Shown here one piece after another: positions 38,740-50,825 of a stretch of 64,000 bases of DNA. The stretch is from NCBI RefSeq assembly GCF_026571515.1, contig NW_026866227.1, positions 1-64,000 of the forward strand. Direction: 5' to 3'. Each line of letters opens with the position of its first letter. The first letter of the stretch is position 1. The notes under the pieces were generated by a model, which was not told the origin of the DNA, ran no database searches, and saw nothing but the letters and a program-made list of their open reading frames with translations. The translations under genes were made by a program, and so were the position numbers. Origin of the DNA: Ruditapes philippinarum (taxonomy: Eukaryota).

Positions 38740-40010
38740 TTTAAACAGATCTTAATTATTCTCCTTGACTTCAGCTAAGCAATTTATAAAGTAAATCACC
38801 GTAAATTACTTCTTGCCTTTGAACAAGACAACGGTGTCCCAACAAAACTTCTCATGCATTTGGACACGCTCTTCCTAATAGGTAGGAGCACGGATCATAT
38901 TTACAATAGTAATATAAATCCGTGGTCGGAGTCAATTGGTTGTACTGGATGATGAACACTCTACAGAAGTCCCAGTAAAACTGTTGTCCCCCAACGCTCT
39001 GTCCTTGGCGCGCTCTGCTTTCTCATTTATATAAATGAACTTCCATCTACTGTCTTCAAGTCTCAAATTCGCCTCTTTGCAGATGACACCGTGGTCTACA
39101 TCAATATAAACTCTTCCCCAGACTCGCAATCCTTACAGGAGGCTCTCAGTAAGATGCAAATCTGGGAAAGGGAGTGGGACATGGAATTCAACCCCTTTAA
39201 AATGCAAGTCCTTCAGATCATAAAAAGTATTTCATGGCCAAGTTTTAACATCAAATACATAGGTCTAGTCCGCTCCACATATTTAAACTACAATACACAC
39301 ATTTCAAGAATAACATCAAATGCAAGCAAAACCCTACGATTCATTAAACAAACAAAAAAAAAGGAAAAAGTGAACCAATTTACTAATATATCCCAAGTAA
39401 GTGCATCAACTGTTTTGAGCCCTCGCACACAATCGAACACCCAAAAAATAAAGAAGGTCCAAAGACGAGTGATACGCTGGATGAAACGCGACTATTCCCC
39501 CATTGTCATCAGTATTAACAGTCATACGGGAAGATCTTGGCTGGCGTTCTCTCAAGCATCGCATATTTTAGACTTTAGACTCATTATGTTTTTCAAATTT
39601 ACCACAACCTAGTAGCCATGCACTAGCCATTGATATGCCAGCACTATTAAGTGTTGAGAATCGAGTACCGCTCAAGCCGGTGCTATGGGGCGTGGGGGAT
39701 ATTGCACTTATTCATTATCCCTCATTTACAGACTCAACCAAACCGAGTCTGCAATTTTCATGTAATTTTGTTGTGATTTATACTTCCGAGGGATCATTTT
39801 GTTTCCAGATTTGTATTACTACCTACATAAAACCCCCATCTAGGCTTACTAGACATATTCACCCCTTTCTCTTAGGAACATACAGATAACACCAGACTAC
39901 CCTATATAAGATCTTGTTTTCAACCACTGTATCACACTTTGGGACCAGATTTCCAGTAACATTTTGACCCTGCCTGATCTTAATCAATTCAAACAGGTGG
40001 TGACTGAGAA
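38740..40010 (+). mobile_element. Decayed LINE reverse transcriptase fragment
   Basis: LILLDFS*, FLIYINELP, IRLFADDTVVY, SLQEAL..MQIWEREWDMEFNP and KKVQRRVIRW, with stops and frameshifts; interrupted at ~39645-39810 by an element also present at ~44132-44300. Confidence 0.8.
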
Positions 40011-41238
40011 GTAGTATTATAGTTGACTTGTTGTGTTTTTATTTCTAATCTTCCTTCACTCTTGCTAATAAAAACATTTTAACAATGACCCGAAGCTTTT
40101 AAAGTCACTCATTGTCCTACCTAATAATGTTCATTTTCAAGTTTTTACTTTCTCTCACACCATTTACTAACACATCCGACGTGCACTTTTCCTGCCTATA
40201 TATATAACACTTGCGAGAGTGTTTAATTCGCTTGTGACTGTCTAACTGGTTGAAATTCACTAGCCTTTCACATTTGCTATAATACAAAACAGAATCTTTG
40301 AAATTATATATTTGACATCCAACGGAAAATAAAATCTGTTCCGGTAAAATTATTATTGAACATATACCTGACAATCATAATCAATTATGAAAATGCTCAC
40401 TGATGTCTAATTATAATCCAATCCGTAACCTCGAAATACACAGAACGGATACGATATTCCGATCTAACCTACTCTAGAAACAATTTTAATGCTAGGAGTT
40501 GAAGAATAAATCTATACGAATATATACTTAAGGATTGGACCAAATGGTTTTGCAACATTAATGTTTAAATGCCTTTAAATGCCTAACATCAGTTTCACAA
40601 AGTAAAGATATATTATATTAAAGTTAATATGCATTAAGTAATTCTACATTTTTATTTTTAAAGATGAACTAAAAATGAAGAGGAAACAAAATGTTGCTGT
40701 ACTATCTCGTTTTTCTATCCCGCTAACGACCTTATCATCTTTAAAATTGCCCGAATTTTCTGATAAACGTCTGTGACTGATCAAATACGAGGGATTTCTT
40801 TTATTATTTCAAATGTTTCTAAAGAAGGTTTTCTGAACTGTTGACAATCTTTTACGGCGTAAAAAGTTAAAATACTAATAATCGCTAAACTAATTATGCA
40901 AATAAAGCAAACATATTTAAATATCACACATTTGGCATTTATCTTATCCACTTGAACTGATTATATTAAACGGGTCATCCTAAATAATCATGTTTTTATT
41001 TTTGGGATTTTTCACTCATTTAAGTTAGTCATGGCATGTAAAGTACTGGTTGTACAACTACAGCTTACATCATTTTAATCATTTTTCAAAACAAAAGTGG
41101 TAAACACCCAAGGAATAAAAATAGATATATTTTTTACAATAAACTTCCTGGTTCAATCTTATTTCCCCAATATGTATAAATATATCTTAACTGTCTATTA
41201 CATCCGGTTTCATTTTCAAAACCAAACTACGCATAAAC

Positions 41239-43833
41239 ATGGATAAACGGGTAAATATATAGTATAAAATTTAAAATAAATATATAAAAATCAAGTAAAC
41301 TAACATATTAAGAGTGAGTGTTTAAAATATTCAAAAGGTTTGAACAAATAAACAGTTTCTTTTACAACTCTCTCTTATTTTATATATTTTCATTTTGATA
41401 ATTGTTTCTGAGATTGTTTTTTAAAAATCATGTAATCAAACTTAAGCGTACCCTGTCATATTTTAGCAGCTACTTTATATGTAGAAACACTTAACATCCA
41501 GGCTTTAAGCAAAATAAAAAACTATAAAAAATTCGATAATTATCTTAGAAGCGGCCTTGTTCTTATACACTCAGGAACCTGAGAAGAATGAAGGTAACCC
41601 TGAAAAGAATATAAAACACTCTGACCAGAAAGATAAAGTTGTTAAAAGAAAAAACAGAGAAGAAGATAGGAAAAAGCGTTCAAAATTACCAAGTCAAGAT
41701 AACTTTAATGAAGGGAATGGCAATAAAACACCCCAGCAAGAGTTGAGCAGTGAAGACAACGGGGATGATGATGAGGAGGAACAGTCAAATTTGAGTAACA
41801 CAGGAATAAGAGATGTATGGCAAAGATCAGAATTAAGTGGCGGCGAAGAGATTAACAATGAAAGGAAATATTTAAAGCTGAGTAACAAAGCAAAATGCAC
41901 TGAATGGCAATATCCAGAGCTAAGCGATGGGTATAGTGATGTTGAGGTGAAAGGATCAGAGTTCAGTAACAAATCGAATAGAAATGAATGGCCACAACCA
42001 GAGTTGAACAATCGAGAAAATGACAATGAAGGGGAAGATTTAAAGTTAAGTAACAAAGGGAATGACATTGAAGGACAAAAGCCGGTTTTGAGCGTTAGTG
42101 TCAGTATTGATGAGGGAAAGAAGTCACAGGTAGATGGTGAAGCGAATGGCAATAAGGACAATTGCCATAAGTTATTCGATAAAGACAGTCATCGTGATGA
42201 GAACACGTATAAGTTGAGTGGTGAGAGCAGTGATGGTGTGGAACAAAACGTGAGTTATGGCTACGATGGCAATAAACGTCAACGGCCAGAATCGAGGGGT
42301 GATGAAGAACAACACAAACAACTAATTGATAAAGGACAAGAACAGCATCCAAACTCGAGTGACGGGGACAATAGTAATGAAAGAAAAAGGCCAGTGTTGA
42401 GCTGCAGAGGTGTTGACAATGAGGGAAGACAGACACCACTGAGCTTCAAATCAGATAAACACGAAAAAGAAAATAATGACGGAGAGATTCGTTGTGAAGA
42501 CGATATTGATAATCATTTAAAATTAAGAAATGAAAACGACAGTGATGAACAACGCAACTCATTTTCAAATGACAAATGTATGTCGGGTAATGGTTTCAGA
42601 AAATTAAAAGAAAACAGCGATGATTGTATACTTTACAAGCGTAGTTATGATTCACCATCTTCAAATGAAACCTTTCTGTATACTCGCATTAATAATAATG
42701 TAACTTCTAGGGAAAGCATGCCCCAAAATAACGAGTCAGGTAAAGAAAATATTACACCTGAGCCTCGCATTGGATTATTTAAGGTTCATGACAATGACAA
42801 TATGAATGATTCTGTAACGGGCAAAGAAGAATTGCACATACACATATCTTTTGATAGTGGAACCGATAATCATAGTCGAGAAAGCGAAACAATCCCTAAA
42901 GAGAGAATAGATCGAAATAATAATTATAGGGAATCTGGAAGTATAAATGTGCCATTAGAAATATGTTCCGAAAGAAGTGAACATCAGCATCAAATGGAAT
43001 CATTAAAGGAACCACCCGAGTTTGACAATGACAGTCTTCTTCAATCTTTTAGAAATTACTCAGACGTATCATCATCGAACAGAGATGCCAGCTCTTCAAC
43101 ACAGTTTGATAGCGGGATAGATACAGACAGCCAAGGAAGCGAAACAAATCCTAAAGATATACTTGTAATAGAACGAGTCAACAACAGAATTCATTACCAT
43201 AGCCAGCATTTACATCAATTGAGTGTTAACCCTGATGAAGATATTGATATCAGCACTAATGAAACAAAACGAATGACAATTAATGAAAGAAACGTTGAAA
43301 GATCTGGTAAATCCATACATTTAAACACTCATGAAACAGAACCAAAGACGATTAATGCAGATATCAACGTTAAAACCGACGAATTAATGAAAGTGGACAT
43401 ACATGAAACAACACCAAAGACACTTAATGTAGATGTCAATGTTAAAACTGACGAACTAATGAAAATGGACACACATGAAACAAAACCAAAGACAATTAAT
43501 GTGAAAAACGATGTAAGACCATGTACAAATTCTAATAAAAGCACTCATGAAAACAATCAAAATTCTAAAGATGTAAATGAAACTGCCCCTCTAGGGACAA
43601 ATGACGAAAATAATCTTTTGTCTAGAAATACACCAAATTTTGACGACAGACTAATGAATGATAGAACAGAATTATGTGAAAGTCCATTTCACGGCAGTGA
43701 AAATGAAAGTGGCCAATCGGATTCTGAAGTTGTAAATGATAATGAGGCTAATGAAATTGTACCAATGTCTCAAATTCAGAACGAAAATATGGAACAAAAT
43801 TCTAGAAAAGGAACTGATCTGGATCCACACTGA
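41239..43833 (+). CDS. Uncharacterised acidic, N/S/D/E-rich disordered protein (~756 aa), exons 41239-41250 and 41575-43833
   Basis: 2.26-kb open frame in AT-rich DNA; ATG GAT AAA CGG|gtaaat joins in phase 0 to cag|GAA CCT; TATA-like motif at 41175; AATAAA directly after the stop; internal 28-aa and 24-aa repeats. Confidence 0.7.
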
Positions 43834-45739
43834 ATAAAATGGTGGAAAATCTATTAATAATTAATATTCATTAACAACCAGTCTTGCTCGATCGGATATT
43901 TTTTATCTACACATCAAAGGAAAATTATTTAAACCCCAAAAATAATTCTTGTAATAATAATAAGATTTGATTATACAAGATATTTCATTACTATTTAGAA
44001 CGTTGCATGTTGATATTAGAATATAATCCTTGTTAAATACAGTTAAGATAAAACTCGTATAGAAAGCAGAATGTTGAAATCAAAGCTAACAGAGTCTTAC
44101 AGATTCTACGGGATCATTGAGTCCAGCCATTTTAAGTGTTGAGAATCGAATATCACTCGGACCGGTGCTAGGGGGAGTGAGGGATGTTGCACTTTTTCAT
44201 TTTGCCTCATGCACAGACTCAGTCAAACCGAGTTTGCAATTATCATGTACTTAAATTGCTGTTTTTGATGCTTCTGAGGGATCACTTTTTCCAGATATTT
44301 ATCTTCAGACGAATATTTGTATGTCATTGTCGCATGTGCCTTGATTTAAACTTCACAAACGATAAAAATGACACATGTAATGAGGAACGAAAAGGGCAAT
44401 CAAATGTACAGTATATAAGAAAAGTATGAAGCATCGGTATGTTTAAAGATGATGCGAACTAAGAATTTCAGTCACATGGTAGAAACTGATTAGTAGACTT
44501 AATTTAACGTTTGCCAAAAAGCGATATCGACATTATGGTTTACCACTTAGTCGATAGTTAACATGACATCATGACATATCAACTCCATTGTCAAAAAATA
44601 TGATAAACAAGATCAACAAGGAAAGGCGACGTTCAATAAACGCAACATCCACACGACATAGCAACAAGAACCAGCGGCAAGGAACCAAGGAGGACCCCCC
44701 GCACCCACCCCCAAAAACAAAAAAAAACAGGACAGGGCAAATCGCATCTTCTCGGCCATCTTCGTCATGAATAATCATCGAGGTATTCCGATTGCTCCAT
44801 TGTTGGTTGTGCGATAATTTGTATCTTCTTTTAGTTGGAGATTAAGGGTTCTGAACCAGAATGAATAATAACAACAGCTACAAGGTTAGTAATTAAAAAC
44901 AAAAATATCTAAACCCCAGGAAAAAATATTTTATTTCTTTTAATTATTAGATATCAGTCGTAAATGAATTTAATTTAAATCCACTTTCGATTTTGACTTT
45001 TTTGTTATAACGTTTTGTCAAATATGACATCAGTGAAAATACAGATTTAAACAAATGCTTTTTTTTAGGATTCTTTAGAATATCAATTTAAAGTCATGTA
45101 TGTCTGATTAAAAATGATTTTTAAGATTGTTATCAAAATTGCACTTTTTTTGGAAATACATCAGTGGAATCCCATGATTTGACATAATTCCTATCTTTAG
45201 CAATATCAAATCGGAAGTTGCCGGCTCTTTTCGTCATTATTTAGATAAGGACTCCGAACCAGTTAAAAATGTTTCCAAAAAAATCACCCCTCTATTTGCG
45301 GGATGTCGGTTTAACCTACACATGTAATATATTCGTGTACAAGTTTACATAAATAGAATAAATTCTTAAATATAGAAGTGATTATAATTACACTTACTAT
45401 ATAGTGTCTTTAGAAAACGAAAGTACATGTAGATCTACAAACTTTATAGCTATTGACGACTTTTCAGAGTTGGTTTTAATAAGTTGACAATGGGCATTCT
45501 TAAATCGATTTTGACTGACAGACTTATTATATTTTCAATCATTATTTTTTCGAAAATGACATTTTTCCGTTGGATGTCAAATAAATACATTCGTTAAATA
45601 CTCATTATACAAATATTACACCCTTTGTTTTTGTTTAAATTTCATGATCTGAAATAATGTGGTAGAGTTACTTCTATCCGTATTGACTCTAATATTTTTA
45701 TGAAAATCCGTCAGTGTGTCAACTGATTTTATTCTGATA

Positions 45740-45860
45740 ATCGGGGAGATGTTCCGAATCAACTGTAACTTATTCGGAAAACCTCACTGATAATAGTCAG
45801 AAATTGACTGAAAGTGAAAGGGCTAAGAAATTGTGATTTTGTAATACCGTATAAAGCTAC
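45740..45860 (+). promoter_or_regulatory. Putative immune-type promoter (ISRE-like, kB-like, TATA)
   Basis: GAAAGTGAAAG at 45810-45820, TATAAA at 45850-45855, GGGGAGATGTTCC near 45743. Confidence 0.45.
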
Positions 45861-46340
45861 CATAATATCAAAATATTCCAAGTACTACTATGAGTCAGAA
45901 CGACCGTCTTTCATATAGTCCGGCCATGTATGAGTACATGTATTCAGGTCATTTGTCTGCGCAATATTGATAAAAATAAGCATTGCCAATTAAATAGTCA
46001 TACCTTTATTCTCAAACTGACTGATTGATATCTAGGACATACATAAAAATAGAAACTGTTGTTATCGAGTACTAACGGGACATGTCACCAGTCATGCCCT
46101 CAAGGGTTTAATTTTGAATACAATTAAGTAGAGATAATTTACCTCTATGTAATTTTTAAAAACAAAATATTATCCAAAAGATGAATACCCCAAGCGTTTT
46201 CTATATTAACAAGCAATTAAAAATCTGTTGTAACTAATACAGTATAGTATGGTCTTGATTTTTTTTGTTATAATTCATTTTCATTTAATAACATGTTAAT
46301 TGGGTTTTGATCAATACTTTAGGACAGCCATGAGAATGAA

Positions 46341-47996
46341 ATGAGTGGAATACAAGAATTAGAACGAGACAATCGTCGTACTGTCACCGATCCACATGGA
46401 TGTCATGGTATGGTGGTAGCTGACTCAGGAAGTCGTAATGCCCTACAATCGTCTTATCATGGTACAACTACCGTTGAAACTAATGATGAATCTAAGCTGA
46501 ATCTTGAGCGAAAATGTGTGCCACTAAAATTCGAAACATCATCATGGTGTGATGAAAGGAAAAGGGAACTTCAATCTACTGAAGGTAAGTTTCAACTCAA
46601 TCTCATTACCCCTGCTAATGTACTTAGTCTTTTGATAGTATGTTTTATTAGATTTGTTGCAGTCTCTTTATGACACACAATTGTTTTAAGTAAAAGAACT
46701 AATCAAGATTAGAGAGGACCAAATACTTATTAACTTGTTACACAAATTAATTCACTTATAACAAAATCTAATGTCGGTATTAAAATGAACCCATAACAAA
46801 TAACATGCCACTAAGTACACATTCAACTTTGTTTTCTAGATGAAAGACCTTTACGCGATTTCCTGTGTCGAGCCATTTCAAAGAACGCACGAATGATTGC
46901 CGTTGACCTAGATGTGTCCAATTTGTTAGACCATCTTTTATCCAAATACTGCATTACTGAAGATGAATACAACGAGCTCCGTTCTTTGGATAAGTCCAAG
47001 AATCTTGCTAGAACCGTATTAGGATTAGTTTTAAGAAGGGATTGTCGTACACTGCTGTCCTTCATTGACATCATTTTCGAGTGTGGTGAGCATATAGCTA
47101 GTAGTATCACGGTCGCATATGATAGCATCGTCAACAATGCAGACTCCTCACGTGCTGAAACAGGACGATCATGCTCGCACTGCCTTCTGCTAGAAAGGAC
47201 GGAGCCTATTTTAATTATCGATTCACTGATAAGCCATGACTATGAAATGTTTTTGCCATTTTACGAACAAGTTGCAAACTGCAGGGATAACGTTCCAGAG
47301 AAGAGAAAGGAATGGTGGGATAACTTTATGACGCATGTCATGAAGGTCGAGGCTTCAGCAGAGATGACACAACTAATTATAGAAGCTCTAGAAGAGTGTA
47401 GATTCCACTCGGATATTATAAGGAACCTGCGTGAGGACCAAAGCAAAAATGTTAACAGCTTTCTGTGCACACATATCTGCAGTGTGGTTTTGAACTCTAG
47501 TCCTCGGGCTGAAGACGAAGAACATGGACCACGGATGCAAGAATTAAAAGTTGATTATGAAAACACCAACTTGAGAATGTTTCAACGAACAACAATATCG
47601 TCTAAGGTCAATGTGAAGAAGATGCACCATCTAAAATCATTTGATTTGGAGAATCTGCCTGACGACCAAAGACACGCTGCCAACCGTTTCATGTATAGAT
47701 ACACACACAAGTCCAGTCGAAGTACTGAAGAAAACATAAATGAACCACGGATGGAAGAATTAAAAGAATTTGATTATGAAAATACTAATCTAAAGATGAT
47801 TCAAAACGCAACGGGGTCGTCTACAGTCACGGCAAATGATATGCAAGAGCTGATACCGTTTGAGTCAGGGTCGGGTGACAGAATGGGGCATCGTTTTGAC
47901 GACAGCAGGAATAGACAGGGTGGTGAAAACGCAAATACTAGGGAAGGTGATCACAATGAGTTAACGCAGTTAACACTTATTTTTGTATTTTGGTAA
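46341..47996 (+). CDS. Death-fold (tandem CARD-like) protein, exons ~46341-46584 and 46840-47996 (~466 aa); 5' end uncertain, possible extra exon from ATG 45890
   Basis: G|gtaagt donor and ctag| acceptor in phase 1. IAVDLDVSNLLDHLLSKYCITEDEYNELRS...ARTVLGLVLRRD..LLSFIDII fits a CARD helix pattern. A second, weaker unit reads TEPILIIDSLIS...WWDNF...LIIEALEEC. Confidence 0.7.
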
Positions 47997-49143
47997 AACA
48001 CTCAAACATCAAAATTGTTAGTAAAGAAAACTGAATGAGTTTACTTCGAAAGACGTATGATTAAACGAAAGGTCTGGGAACATGGGAGTAATAAAGTTGT
48101 AATAATGAATAATGTTTTCGAAATAAGGATTTACCAAATGACAATAAATCTTATGTCATCATTCTTCGACGCTGTGGAAAAGTGTTTGTTACTGCCGTGG
48201 TTAAAAGGAAACATTGGTACAAAATTCAATAGATGCCAGCCGGTATATAACTGAGATTAATGGTACTAATAATATATCGTATAGAATTCTAGATATTGCA
48301 GCGCCGAAGAAGCAAAAAGTTTTTTTTTTATAAACCTGTATTGTTTTTGTATTAAAAAGTTGAAAAAGGACAAAGTTTATTTACTACAAACTATTTTTTA
48401 ATAATATGTTTACTTATATTATACCGGTATGTACATCCTGTACTTTATTATTACATGTTTATATGCCTGAAAAGGACCATTGTTTTTCTTTTTATTAATT
48501 GTATGAATATAAATTCATTTTGAATTTCAATGAATATTGGGCGCATGTCTCTTACAACATACACTTCATATGACGAAAATGTGATTTTTTAAAGTAGAGC
48601 AAATGTGAGTTTGATACCAATGATAGGATATGGATAATTTGATTGCTCAGAAAAGGTGGATCATGTAGATATTTTTGTACAATTTGTTTTGTTGTGTTTT
48701 AATCAGTAGTGAGATTGTAAGATTTTTTTTGTACCTTTTATATAGATTTATAAGTTTCATATATATTTTATATATTGTCAAACATGTCAGGGTGAAGTTG
48801 GGTAAACTATTTTAGATATTTTTTAGTGTGTTGAAATGTATAAATTACAATTTATTTTGCATTTTATATATAAACATTATGATATTGCGTTGTGTTATTT
48901 CAAACAAATTAATCAACTTTTTTTCAGATTTAACTGTTTTATAAAGCACTTGTATAATAGTCAAAAGTACAAGATGAATCAGGCACGGGAAAACATTATG
49001 AAAATAACACATTTCTCTGTGCATATAAGCAACGTGAAAACTGAAGAAACGCCCGAGACGGTCAGTTCAAGGGTTGCTAATATGCACTTTTACCCCGAAC
49101 CAACATTTTAATGTATTTTTTCACCGCTGTCGAGAGCTATTCA

Positions 49144-50378
49144 TTTTTAGCTCGACTATTCGCAGAATAATCGAGCTAATGCAGTCACCCATTTGTCGGC
49201 GTCGGCGTCCCTGTGGTTAAGTTTTTGTATGTAAGCTGGTATCTCCATAACTACTGAAGGGCATGGATTGAAACTTCACACACTTGTTCTCTGTGAATAT
49301 CTAAGATGATTGGCACAAGTCCCATAACTCTGATTTGCTTTTTTACATAATTATGCCCCTTTTTCGACTTAGAAATTCTTGGTTAAGTTTTTGCGTGTAA
49401 GCTGGTATCTCCATAAGTACTGAAGGGAATGGATTGAAACTTCACACACTTGTTCTCTGTGATTATCTAAGATGATTGGCACAAGTCCCATAACTCTGAT
49501 TTGCTTTTTTACATAATTATGCCCCTTTTTCGACTTAGAAATTCTTGGTTAAGTTTTTGCGTGTAAGCTGGTATCTCCATAACTACTGAAGGGAATGGAT
49601 TGAAACTTCACACACTTGTTCTCTGTGATTATCTAAGATGACTGGCACAAGTCCCATAACTCTGATATGCTTTTTTTCATAATTATGCCCCTTTTTCGAC
49701 TTAGAAATTCTTGGTTAAGTTTTTGTATGTAAGCTGGTATCTCCATAAGTGCTGAAGGGAATGGATTGAAACTTCACACACTTGTTCTCTGTGATTATCT
49801 AAGATGATTGGCACAAGTCCCATAACTCTGATTTGCTTTTTTACATAATTATGCCCCTTTTTCGACTTAGAAATTCTTGGTTAAGTTTTTGCGTGTAAGC
49901 TGGTATCTCCATAACTACTGAAGGGAATGGATTGAAACTTCAAACTGTTGTTGTCTGTGATTATCTTAGATGATTGGCACAAGTCCCATAACTCTGATTT
50001 ACTTTTTTGCATAATTATGCCCCCTTTTTCGATTCATAAATTCTTGGTTAAGTTTTTGCGTGTAAGCTGGTATCTCCATAACTACTGAAGGGAATGTATT
50101 GAAACTGCACACACTTGTTGTCTGTGATTATCTAAGATGATTGGCATAAGTCCCATAACTCTGATTGCTTTTTTGCATATTTTTTCCCCTTTTTCGACTT
50201 AGAAATTCTAGGTTAAATTTTTGCTTGTAAGCTGGTATCTCCATAACTACTGAAGGGTTTGTACCTTTTCGGACAATTTTATGTATTCATATAGGTAAGC
50301 ATTATTATACTCAATGAAACACCCTTGTGACAAATTTTCAAATAGTCGAGCGTTACTGTCCTCCGACAGTTCTTGTTT
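49144..50378 (+). mobile_element. Helentron/DINE-1-like element with a homogeneous 166-bp satellite array
   Basis: GCTCGACTATT (49150) with inverted AATAGTCGAGC (50341), GTCGGC microsatellite, monomers at 49215, 49381, 49547, 49713, 49879, 50046 and 50211, 3' palindrome ACTGTC-CTCC-GACAGT. Confidence 0.88.
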
Positions 50379-50711
50379 TTATTTTCATCAATTTTGCAGG
50401 GGAGAGAACAAGAGCACCATATTTTCTTAGGTTTATATAGATTAGTCGCCCCTGGGGAATTATTTTAACAGTGACATAACATAAGGCTATATCGTGAGGT
50501 ATAATATTATCTATTATGTTGCCCTTTTCTTAAAGTTTCAAAGGTAATTCTTATCAATGATTTAAGTTTATCAGCTTTAAACACTGAAAACCGTTTTATT
50601 TTTTTTAAGTAATCATATGTATGTAATATATAAATGCCATTTAGTAATGTAAGTATACACTTACCTATCATAACATTGTACATTTACCTTTACTCAGTAT
50701 ATGTATTATGT

Positions 50712-50825
50712 ATATGTTAGTGTTCATCCGTGCTGTTCTACAGAAATTAAAAACTTCGACGGGAGGACAACGACAGGAGAATGTTTCTAATTTCTGTATA
50801 ACAGCACGGATGAACACTAACATAT
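50712..50825. repeat. Near-perfect long hairpin, end of a Crypton/MITE-like element
   Basis: ATATGTTAGTGTTCATCCGTGCTGTT.TACAGAAATTA pairs with TAATTTCTGTATAACAGCACGGATGAACACTAACATAT. Confidence 0.75.

Noticed and set aside
41694-43544. Antisense ORFs over the 758-aa ORF (similarly 4371-4640, 11321-11587, 46823-47470)
   Set aside because: Shadows of biased sense-strand coding sequence.
47965-47996. MAVS-like C-terminal membrane anchor on the CARD-like protein
   Set aside because: The hydrophobic stretch is only about 8 residues, too short for a transmembrane helix.
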